Below, piece by piece: positions 15,244 through 29,145 of a DNA stretch of 64,000 nt. Below the pieces are notes generated by a model. It made no database searches, was not told the origin of the DNA, and saw nothing but the letters and a program-made list of their open reading frames with translations. Source of the DNA: the human T2T-CHM13v2.0 reference genome, Homo sapiens; assembly GCF_009914755.1 (NCBI RefSeq), contig NC_060928.1. One strand, 5' to 3'. Position 1 is the first letter of the stretch; each line of letters starts with the position of its first letter. Made by a program: the position numbers and the translations under genes.

Positions 15244-16754
15244 GTGAGTCGGGGTGCGGGCCGGTGCCTCTCCCTGCGCCCCAGGCCTGCCCGGTCCCGT
15301 GGGCCTGTCCTGTCCTGGGCCTGCCAGCCCTGCGGCCCCGCGCAGGTGGAGGGTGCGAGTGTGCATGTGTGCGGTTGTGCGGGTGTGCGAGCATCACGTG
15401 TATCTGTCCTCAACAGCCGAAGCTTGCTGTGCATGCTGCTGATGCGCTCTCCTCCCTGGTACTCTTTGTGTCTGTGTTTCCACGTATTTTCTTCTGGTTC
15501 ACGTTTACTAGGACGACGAGAGACAGCGTGAGCGAGCACGTCCTTTGAGTCCTCCTTACCCTGTTTTCAGAGCCGGGCCAGGCCCAGCAGCCCCCTTAGA
15601 GGCCAGAAGGGCCTCGCCTGCGATCCGATGAGCCTTTGTATGGAGATGAGACTGCGCTCCGAGCTCTAGAGCCCAATGAGGTGGTCAGGTTGCAACAGCA
15701 ACCGGGCGTGTTAAAACCTAGTTCCTTTGAATATGTTTCATTCACCAGCCCGCATATTAACTTTTGATGCTCTGGGAGGAATATGACTATTAGAAAAGGA
15801 CTCCTGAGAGTGCTTCCCAGAATGCCAACATTCCCAGTAACTTAGAGAACGCTTTCCAGGAGGGGACTGCAGCTTGTTAAAGAACCCAGGCCAGAGGAAC
15901 CACTCAGGTGTTCTCAGTGGCTTTACTTACTGTGAGGTCAGGCTTCAGGGGTTAGCCGGGGCTGCCTTTTGGAAGGTGGGACCTTTCTAAGACCTGTGCA
16001 GGCCATTCTTCCCCCTCAAAATGGCAAAACAGCCCCTCCCAGATGCTAAACTGGGCTCCCCCCTCCAAGACAATTGCTTTTACAAATGGCCAAGTGTGAG
16101 ACCAGCCGCGGTGTTGCGGACACTTTCAGTTTCGTGCCCTTTTCCACAAGCAACCCTCTTAGAGTGGAATGTTGTGAAGAGTAATTTCATAGTATATAGT
16201 GACAGTCATACTCCTATCATTTCTGGGCACCTGCTTTGGCTCTGCAGCTTATGCTGGTTCTCATTTAATCTTCAAGTGTAACAGATGAGGAAACAGGCTT
16301 GTGGATGGAGGAGGAGCTCAAGGTCATTCTGCTGGTGGTGCTGGCTCAGACCAGGCCTGCCGCTGTCCCCCAGCGCTTCCCTGGGTCCTCAGCCTGTGCA
16401 GATGTGGTGGCCGTGCTGTCACAGCATTAGTTCAAGTCAGTCTTTTGATAGGTACCACTCGGATGGCCAGCCTGCCTTGGCAGCTTTATTCCAGGCGCGC
16501 TCCCAAATCCTCAGGTTATTTTCACTGGTGAATCTTGATACTGCAGACAGCGGGGTCGGAGATTTAAGCACAGGATTTGACTGATGACCCTTTCCTCTTC
16601 TAGCTAAAATAGATTTCCAGGGAGCCAGAGGCTCCTTCCTGGAAGTCAGGGGGCTTCCAGTAGCAGGTTATTGACATCATTGGCTGTTTTGTAGTGTTCC
16701 TCCAGTTCATAAGTAGCATTGATGACCTTTCTTGTCTTTCTACCAGGAGTACTT

Positions 16755-16932
16755 TCTTTTTTCTTTCTTTCTTTCTTTCTTTTTTTTTTTTTTTTTTTTT
16801 TTGAGACAGGGTCTTGTCCTGTTGCCCTGGTGCGGTTATGGCTTACTGCAACCTTGAACTCCTGGGCTCAAGTGATCCTTGTCTCAGCCTCTTGAGTAGT
16901 TGGGACCACAGGCACAGCACCTCTGTGCCAGG
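16755..16932 (-). mobile_element. Alu monomer/fragment with (TTTC)n/poly-T tail
   Basis: Single diverged Alu right arm. Confidence 0.75.
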
Positions 16933-18061
16933 CTTAGGAATACTTCTTCATTGTTTGAGAATCATGATCCTTTCTTTTCGCTCTTAAAACAAATGTGCAT
17001 TGAAGCAGGCTTTTCCCCCGCTTTTTAAACCAACAAACGTTAAACCTAATTCAGGAGCCTCGTGCCCTTCTTGTCTTTAGCACTGTGCAGATCACACGTG
17101 GAATGTAGACCCTGCCCCTGGATGCGTCTGAGGGGCTCCCCATACCTCATAGTCTCTCCTCTGGCTCTCCTCTCTCTCCTGGGGCTTGTCCCAGCACCTC
17201 TGGGTAACGTGTTGAGACCTTCAAATCTAGAGCAAAACAACTTTGACTCTGCACCATTCCCGGTTCAAATCCTGGTGCTAGCCTGCTTGTGGGTGTCTCT
17301 TGGCCACTGCTTCTGCTGTCAGAGTGCCTCTTCCTCTTGGCCTCTAGCCCACGTCTTACCTGTCTGTCCACTCAGCTGGCCCCTTTGTGAAAGCTTCCCA
17401 TGTCCCCCTGGCCTCAGGCATCCTGCCCTTCCTCCCACAGTGTGTGGCTCGCCCCTCCTGGCACATCTCACGGTCTCACCTGTGTGGGAGCCTCTGCCTG
17501 CATCGTATTGCCCCTGTCGAGTGAGCCCTGCTGGGTTGGAGATTGAGGATCTCCTAAACTGCCAGGCCCGCGTGGTCCCTTCACAAATTAGTTTCCTCTT
17601 TTCCACATGGCCCCTTCCCTCTTGCCCTGCATGCTGAGTCTCATGCAGAGCCCTCTGCATGAGACTGGGGCTCTGCTCAGGCACCCTGCCTCCCTGCCTT
17701 TTTTCTTCAACCTTAGCTGGGTCATCAGACCACACCCCACAAGTTGGCTGCTAGTGAGGTGCTGCTGCCATGTTGGTATGGTCTCGTCTTTCCCAGCGTG
17801 ATTCCTTATAAGCTGCCCAGAGCAGGGACTTCGAACAACTGTGCTTCTAAACTGACAGCCTGCAAACTTTTTTGAAATTATCCCCAGTTAGACACTTTAA
17901 ATTGAGACTCATTGTACTGACATAACTAAGTGTAAAGCTGAAGCAAATTGTATTTATGTACTGTGTTTTATTGTTTTGTTTTTTTTAAAAATGCTGTTGT
18001 GACCAATCAAACTGATCTGCTGCTAGAACTTTGAAGAACCTTGTTCTAAATTCCTTCTGGG

Positions 18062-18387
<326 letters not shown>

Positions 18388-19327
18388 TCACTTAAGTGGG
18401 CAGTTTATTTTACCTGTTAGTCTGCAGGGATTTTGACGAGCACAGCAAGACGGGCATCGATGCTTGGTTTAAACCAAGAGACTTCAAAATTTGGTCCCAT
18501 GCAGAGATGGAACTTGGGAATGATGAGTTGGACTGAAGTGGACCGCACCAGTACTTGCCTGGCACACAGAAAGGGCTTGGCACTTGAGGGAGTGAGTGCC
18601 CAGCCATTTTACATATCTTATCTCTTGACCGCCACAGTGGTCTGTACAGTTGCTACTGTTTTATAGCTGAGAACAGACTGAGAGACAAGACGACTCACCC
18701 AAGCCAGGACCTAGAACTCTGGTTTTACTTCCAGAGCCTTATCCCTTGCTAGCCCGACCTTAGCGCTGATAATCCACAACTGAGTGTTCTTTCTCCAGTG
18801 CTGTTTCTTCCCTCCGGGATCCTGGGAGTGAACAGTCCTCTTTCTTCTTTCTAAAGTTGGTTTGTCTGGCCTGGACAGTGAGCTTACTGTTGTCACCTCC
18901 AGGTTGCCCTGGGAGAACCGGGTCTAGAGCAGGACCTGTCACCATTTCCAACACCATTTCTCTTCTGAAAGGGTGCCTAAGGTTTTGGAAAGGGCTTTGC
19001 CTGGGATTTCAAGTATGAGCAGGCTAGGCCACCTGTGTTACTTTATTATTTTAATCATGCCTTGGTCTGTGATTAAAACAAGCATTTGACCCTGCGTCTC
19101 TGCTGATCTGTGCACTTAGTTCAGTATTTGAGGTTTCGGTCACGGTTGTGAAAACTACTGAGACTGAATCTGAATGATGGATTACTTCTGATGCATGTCT
19201 GCCAGAGGCTTGCATGAATTCTGTGATGAGGAGTGTGGCTGCGGAACCCCAGCGCGTGGCCTGTGACCCAGCTTCCCCACTTGCCCGCCGGGTAAGTCAC
19301 GGACACCTCTGGGTCCCCGTGTGTGTT

Positions 19328-19987
19328 TGGTGCACAGGGAGTGCTGGAGAAACAGCAGCCCTTGTTGGTCTGTGGCACTTGCTTTTTCTCCCCCTCAGAC
19401 CTGAAACCACTGGAAGAGGCAGGAAACCATGCCTGCCTCAGGTAGCCTGCATCCCTGCTTTTTTTTCTTGAACCTTCGTTGGGCCATCTGACCACAGCCA
19501 CAGCTTTGCGCTGGTGAGGTACAGCGTGTCCTTGTGCAGCTGTCTTGTTGGCGTGGTCTGGGATGGGGCAGCCCCTTCGGGGGGCTGGTGTGGAGGAAAT
19601 GGAGTTAACCCAGCATGGTCTAGGGTGGAGCAGCCCCTTCGGGGGGCTGGTGTGGAGGAGATGGAGTTAACCCAGTGTGCACGCGTAAAGCACTCAGAGG
19701 TGCTGGGCTTGTTAGCGTCAGCCGCCGCCACTGTTTGTTGCTGTTGGTAATAGTAAGAAGCTCTGACTGAAGCGATCTGATGTTTCTGGTCATGACTCAA
19801 GGCTTTTACTTCCTTTTACTCCTACTTTTTGTATCTGTGCTGTTGGCAACTTGGCAGGGCTCCTAGATTGTTGTTTGGCACTAGAGCATGGTTTTCTGCC
19901 TTTCCCGTGGTTTCAGGTCTGAGGGGAGAGAAAGCTAGTGGCGCAGACCAACAAGGGCTGCCCTTCTCCAGCACTCCCTGTGCACCA
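19328..19987. repeat. ~105-bp inverted repeat (arms 19328-19432 and 19886-19987) enclosing a 2x62-bp tandem duplication (19551-19675)
   Basis: Manual alignment of the left arm with the reverse complement of the right arm gives about 90% identity. Confidence 0.9.
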
Positions 19988-21596
19988 GAGGCTGTGACAT
20001 CACCTCATTCCTTCCAGCAGCCCACTCAGGGTGAGGCAGGCGGGGTTTCCCATTTTGCAGATGTGGAAAGAAGGCTTAGGGATTTGAAGTGAGTACCTTG
20101 CCCGAGGTCACAGCTGGTGGTTGGTGGATCTGAATTTGCTCCCAGAGCTATCTGGCTGCAGAGGCCACACCTAAGCCGTGTAGGACTCGGGCTTTCCCCT
20201 CTAAAACTGCACACCTGTGGGTTTGAGTGTATTCACAGATGATATTGGGCCGGCTCAGGGCGGCAGGCCCAGCCTTGCTGGCTGTATGCTTCAGGCAAGT
20301 CACTTCACTTTGAGCCTCAGTTACCCTGTCTTTAAAATGGGTAACACTTGCCAAGCAGATTGCTGTGAAGACAAAGTGAGTCCACATGCACAGAGCACAC
20401 AAAAGCCGATGGAAATGGGCATCCACATCCTGCCATGGCTGATTTTGGGCCCAGCATTCTGGCCTTGGCATACAGTTCACCAGACCAGGCTCAGCAGATA
20501 AGTAGCACCTCATGGGGTATGTGTTACTAATTCTTGTTAAAATGCAGCATGCCTCAGAATCTTTCTCAACACACAGCTTTTGTTTGATTTCCTATGAAAT
20601 TGGAGACTTTGACATTCAGGTGCTAGACTTGAAGCTTCATGAGGGCTAGTGCCGTCTTAGGTCACGGCTGTGTACCCCATACAGTGTAGATGTTCAGATG
20701 CTTGAATCCAGCAAGGAATGAGTCCGTGTTTTCAGTTTTTGGTAAGTGGAAGTAATTTTAGAATTGTAATGAAACCATGTTAAGCCACAGTAAACAGTGT
20801 TAAGACATGTGACCATATACATCCAGGTGTACAGAAACTGCCCCACCCAACTGCTTCTTGGTGCACGTCCTTCTCATAGCCTGTGTATTTTGAGGAAATA
20901 ATCTATTTCTTTATACTTTTTAGAGGCCTTTCTGGCTAAGAGAATAATTGCTTGCCGCATAATTTCACCAGTAACACGCCTCTTGACAGCTAGTTTCCCT
21001 GAAATTCATTTAGCAATTTCTCACCACCTCATGACAAACATGAAATCTTAGGTTAACACTACCTTCTTTGTCCTATCTTCTCAATGAGATTATCTTCCCT
21101 TCAGGGGCATTCCTGAGAGCCTTGTCTGTAATATTTCCTTAATTATCTATAATCATCTTAAATGATTGTGTTTTTTGATTTTGCACAGAGCGAAGTACCT
21201 ACACATTATTTCAGAAGCACCAACCTGTTTGGCTCTCCTGAGTTCTTCCAGCTGGGCGTTTGGAATGTGGGTCACCGGGTGTGAATGAGCTCTTGTGGTT
21301 GCAGTGCACGGGTGAATCGGTGACCCAGTGATGTGGAGGCTGCTCTTAGATTTCCAGGGCATGGCAAAACTATTTACATAACAATTTGCAGTGGCAGCTT
21401 CCCAGTGGCCGTGATAATAATCAGTTAAAATTTACAGTGTCCAGAAGAGAGAAAACATGCCTGTTACCCAGGAGACAGTAGACCTGAGGCAGCGTTTGAG
21501 GGCCCTCCTCAAAGGGGCTGCTTTGATAATGAGATCCTTTGTTATTTCCCCACCAACGAGGGAAGCGTGCAGTCATATCATAAAGCAATGGTCTCA

Positions 21597-21907
<311 letters not shown>

Positions 21908-22077
21908 AAGACCCCTTTAGTCAGCGGCTTTTCATTCTGAATAGCAGGAAAGGTTTTTGGCGAATTGTCCTCGAAATTGGCTTAAAAGAGTTTCATGACA
22001 AAACAACTTTCTTACTTTCCGAAGGACTTCATCCTATCTGAAAGGACCTGGAGTCATCCCTGGTTTCTTTGTCCTAG

Positions 22078-22196
22078 GAATATGAAGACAAGGCTGGAAG
22101 ACCTAGCAAGCCACCCTCTCCAAAGCAGAATGTGAGGAAGAATCTTGACTTTGAACCACTTTCCACCACCGCACTCATCCTCGAGGACAGACCAGC
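22078..22196 (+). CDS. TBC1D14: TBC1D14 exon ([40 protein letters not shown])
   Basis: TTTGTCCTAG| acceptor, |GTGAGT donor, 119 nt, phase 0 to 2. Confidence 0.95.
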
Positions 22197-22460
22197 GTGA
22201 GTTTAAGAAGACTCTCTTTAGAGTGTTTGCTTTAGGAAATAAGTACAACTTGCTAAGCAGCTTTTCATTAGAGAAAAACTAGGGTCAGAAAAGGGGAGAA
22301 GAGTAAGCCAGAATCACTTCTTATTCTCTATATTAACATGTGTTCTGTAATTATATTAAATGACCAATTTGGAAAACTGTCCTATAGCATAGAAGTTTTG
22401 ACCAGGATTTTCCGTTCAGGTAATTTTTCTTTTTACTTTAGCATTTAAAAATAAGTTGTC

Positions 22461-22778
22461 AGCTGGGTGCAGTGGCTCACGCCTGTAATCCCTGCACTTT
22501 GGGAGGCCGAGGCGGTGGATCACTTGAGGTCCAGAGTTGGAGACCAGCCTGGCCAACATGGTGAAACCCTGTCTCTACTAAAAATACAAAATACTAAAAA
22601 TACAAAAAAATAGGTGTGGTGATGGGTGCCGTAATCCTAGCTACTCAGGAGGCTGAGGCAGGAGAATCACTTGAACCTGGGAGGCAGAGCTTGCAGTGAG
22701 CCAAGATCACACCATTAATTACACTCCAGCCTGGGCAACAAGAGCAAAACTCCGTCTCAAAAAAAAAAAAAAAAAGAA
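22461..22778 (+). mobile_element. Alu
   Basis: Alu consensus with duplicated linker and poly(A). Confidence 0.88.
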
Positions 22779-23337
22779 GCAGTGTGTCTTCTACTATTTT
22801 CTTGTCCTTGAAAGTTGTATGCTGGGGAGAGAAATGGAGGACTGGAAAGTTAGAGGCCATCAGGAAAAGACTCTGGCCTTTGAAGTCCAGTCGTTTTCAT
22901 GCTCTGAAAGGTGAACTGGCGGACTCTCCTGCAAGTGATGGTTGTTTAAAATGTCCCAGTGAATGTGGGTCCTGTTGTGTGAGGGACACAGGCAGCCAGA
23001 CACTCCTGCTCTCCTTTTACCCTAGTGCCAGTACAGTTACAAGCACGCTTCTGAAAGAGAGCACGAATTGTATTTTTTTAAATGGGTTTTGAAGGTATAC
23101 CAAGATGCTTAGAACTAAGGTGCACATCTGTGTATATGTCAAAAAACAAATGAACCACGTAGCTAGTATGAAATCTGTTCACTTTAAAAATCTGGTCAGG
23201 AAATGTCTTCATACATACATGTAACAAATGCTGTTAGGGTGCCCTGCCTCAAGAATTAGGTGTTGACAGTTATTAGTGTATTGCAGTCAAATCAAAGTTT
23301 CTTTGGAGTGTGGGGTGAAAATATACCAAAAGATTAA

Positions 23338-24018
<681 letters not shown>

Positions 24019-24218
24019 ATTCATTTGTTTTATAGTGAACTTGTTTTTGTTTTTGTAAGAAAGCATTATAAAAGTTTGTGAAAGAACTGTGTAATCTTAA
24101 AAAAATGAGTTTTTAGTGTTTGAGCTTTATATTTTTTAGGAAATTATGCTTCAGGTTTTTTCTGAAAGACTTCTATGCGGTATTTATAATGGTGAAAACT
24201 CATTTCTTTCCTGTCAAG

Positions 24219-24301
24219 AAATCTCCCAGCAAAACCAGCTGAAGAAGCTCAGAAGCACAGACAGCAGTATGAAGAAATGGTGGTTCAGGCCAAAAAGCGA
24301 G
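24219..24301 (+). CDS. TBC1D14: TBC1D14 exon (NLPAKPAEEAQKHRQQYEEMVVQAKKR)
   Basis: CTGTCAAG| acceptor, |GTAATG donor, 83 nt, phase 2 to 1. Confidence 0.95.
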
Positions 24302-24905
24302 GTAATGGGGTTCACACTTGATGGGTTAAATCAGGCAGCACAGGGTTTGTGTCTTTCTGGTTATTTTCTTTTTACCATTTGGAGTCATAGAACCTGAACT
24401 TCAGTCTTTGAAATTTGTAGTCTTCCAGTAAAAAAAAAAAAAAGATGCATGCGGAAAGCCCCCACAAGCGAAAACAGGGCTGCAGGGTGGCGTGGGCGGA
24501 CTGCAGGGACTCGGGGGGATGTTGAGGCAGGCAGAGGGGAGAAGCGGTGAGACCGCAGGGTTTGCTGGGAGCCTCCCAAGGAGGCCTCTTCCATCCCAGA
24601 AGCCCCCAGGGCTGTCCCGGGCGGGCTGTAAAGCCCCAGGCTTTGGAGCTGGGTGCCTGTGTCTCTCGCAGAAGGCTACTATCCATTCCGGGTAGCTTTA
24701 TTCAAGAGAAAAGCACTTTGAACTGACGTGAGAAAAGTGACTGTGTAAGATAGAAATACTAGACTACAGAAAGTTTCAGCCATCAACGACACGTATATTT
24801 CTTTCCCTCTCTGGGTTGTTTTTTAAAGTTCCAAGAAGATATTTTGATAAAATTCCTTGCAACACTTAAACTCTTTTTCTAGGAGATTTTAAAAATATAT
24901 AACAT

Positions 24906-25900
<995 letters not shown>

Positions 25901-25982
25901 CCACACACACAAAAAAGTATATGTAAACTAAATGCATGGTATTTCTCAGAGCTGCTATTTGTAGATTAAGAGTAATGCTCAA

Positions 25983-26732
<750 letters not shown>

Positions 26733-26978
26733 AACTGAATCGTATTCTTCTTTGTGTACTTTCCTGTCTAGATGTTAGACTTTGCAAGCTTACTAAAGGG
26801 TGGATAATGCCTGAGCCTTCTGGAGTCCGTCAGGTGTGAAGTGAGCGCTGGAGCTGATGCTCGCTCTGCTTCAGGGCGGTTTTCCTGGTGTGTTCGCAGT
26901 GTGACAGGAAAATCACCTTGCCTGGAAATGGTCCATATCAGTTAGTAGATTGTTGTTTTTCTAAATTGTGATTTCTAG

Positions 26979-27096
26979 AGCTGAAAGAAGCCCAGCGAAG
27001 GAAGAAGCAGCTGGAAGAAAGATGCAGAGTCGAGGAAAGCATTGGAAACGCTGTGCTCACCTGGAATAATGAGATCTTACCTAACTGGGAAACAAT
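26979..27096 (+). CDS. TBC1D14: TBC1D14 exon (ELKEAQRRKKQLEERCRVEESIGNAVLTWNNEILPNWETM)
   Basis: ATTTCTAG| acceptor, |GTAAGA donor, 118 nt, phase 1 to 2. Confidence 0.95.
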
Positions 27097-29038
27097 GTAA
27101 GATGTGGCTCTGGGTGTGGCTGAACTGCAGAGCATGTCTTTCTAGAATCTGTGGGCCACAGCTGTAGTCGTCATAGCCAGCAGTGACACCCTGGATGCAG
27201 CGAGTTGAAGTTGCATCATCTTCCTTCCCTCTACCCTGGCTCAGCCTGCGCCATCCCTTGCTTGGAGACTGTGATAGCCCCTTCCCCTCCCTTCCAGTTC
27301 ACCTTCTTCTCATCTCCTGAGCCAGCTTCTAAAGCATGAGTCAGTGTCCCCTCCCTTACCTAGAATTTCAGTAACTTCCTGTGACTGTCAGTACACAGTT
27401 TGAACCCTTAGCAGGCAACACCCTTAGTGAGGTGGCCTGCCTTCCTCGGCAGCCTCACCCTCGGATGCCTCTCCTCCACTTGGACAGAGCCCTCTCCCTA
27501 GGGAGCCCCCCATAGGTGTTGCTCCTTTTAAACCTGGGGCCTCGCATGTTCCAGGCCCTGTGTCTGGAGTGCTCTTGTCCTGTACTTCCTCAGCCAGCAA
27601 ACTCCTGTGTGCTCTCCAAAGCTCAGGGAAGACTTTGCTGCCCCTACCCTGGCTCTAGGGCCCTGTGGTTCTGTGTGCACACAGCTGTCTGTTCAGGCCT
27701 CTGTCTTCCTCTCTTTGAGGATAGTGACCCCAGTGTCCAGTAGAGTGCACCTGGCAGAGTCTGGCAGCTGCTGCCCTCTTTACATCTGAGGGGCAGCTGT
27801 GGGTCTTGTTTTTATTCTCGTGTTCAGAACGGTGGGGGCCAGTGTGCGGGCAGAAGTCCCAAGGCTGCGCACAGAGGCATTCGGGGAGCTTGGATGCCAG
27901 CTTCCCTTCTGCTCTCGTCCCACATGTCAGCACTGCAGGGGTCACGCGGCCCTGCTCAGGGTCTCCACTAGGAAAATATGCTCAGAGCATGCTTTTTAAG
28001 GCAGTATCCTCAAAAGGCTGGATGCTGTCAGGAAACACTTTATACCTGTTCTCGCATGGGATCTAGTAACAAGGACAGAGGTTCTCAGAATGCTTGCTGC
28101 TCCCACCGAGGGAGACCACTCTGGTCTGTCCTGCAGGGCCGTGGGTTGGATGTGGTCTGAATGCATTGCATGCAGACCCACAGCAGTTCCCGTCGACTGC
28201 ACACGGACGCTGCCTGGCACTGTTCTCCGTGCTTTTGTACTTTATCTCACTTCATCCTCACAGTGGCCCTTGGGTGTAGGTTTCATCGTCTTGACTTTCG
28301 AGAGGATGGTATAGGTTCAGAGAGGAGAGATCATTTGTCCGGATTCCACAGGTAAGGATGGAGTTAGGATGCAGCCTGCTTTCTGCAGCCTCAAGCCTGT
28401 GCTCCCCACGATGCTGCGTTCAGAGGCACCACGGGGGCCTGGTTTGCCCAGGCTGTTGGCAGTGTGTGTTCCGTGTCCCAGCAGAGCTGAAGGACTCTGT
28501 ACAGCCTACAATGTTCTGAGTCAGCAGTTCTTCTCCGCAGTTAGAACTTGCCAGCTCACATCTGGGCGCTGGGCCTGTATTGGTGGTGCGATGGCCGTCT
28601 GCTGACTCTCTGCTGGGGTCTGCTTCTGTCTCCAGTGCTGCTGCAGTGCCGCCTGGCACTCCTCACCCACTCCCAGCTATGTGCTGTTCCTGTAGGAGGC
28701 CAAGCCATTGCTTTTTCCTGTGTTTTCTGCTCAGAAAGTCCTCCCCATCCTTCATGTGCTCAGGTCATTCAGAACTTGGCCCCAGAGCGTGCCTGGGCCT
28801 CTGGTTCGTGGTGACCTACGCTATGCTGTGCTCCTCCATACCTGCCACGGCAGCTGCCAGTGGAAGGGGATTGTTGATTTGATCTTTACAGAGCCCTGGA
28901 CTCTAAGCTTCCTGAGGGCAGGGGCTGTGCCTGATGCAACGGTGCATCCCAGCTCTTGGTGGTTCGGGGTTAGGCACGCAGGTAGACAAATGTCTTTGTG
29001 TGGAACAAACTCAAACTCCTGCTTCTGTTTTTGTCCAG

Positions 29039-29145
29039 GTGGTGCTCTAGAAAAGTTCGAGATTTATGGTGGCAGGGAATCCCTCCAAGTGTGAGAGGCA
29101 AAGTCTGGAGCTTAGCCATTGGCAACGAGTTAAATATCACCCACG
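29039..29145 (+). CDS. TBC1D14: TBC1D14 exon, start of the TBC domain ([35 protein letters not shown])
   Basis: TTTTGTCCAG| acceptor, |GTGAGT donor, 107 nt; GIPxxxRxxxW TBC motif. Confidence 0.97.

Larger units (their letters stand above)
14370..15550 (+). promoter_or_regulatory. TBC1D14: CpG island / internal alternative promoter of TBC1D14
   Basis: CpG-dense GC-rich block with several GC boxes (CCCCGCCC near 14973, 15009, 15104-15118), ending in a consensus donor ATG|GTGAGT at 15243/15244. Confidence 0.9.

Noticed and set aside
14836-15548. 176-aa and 216-aa minus-strand ORFs in the CpG island
   Set aside because: Stop-poor GC-rich sequence with no recognisable domain.
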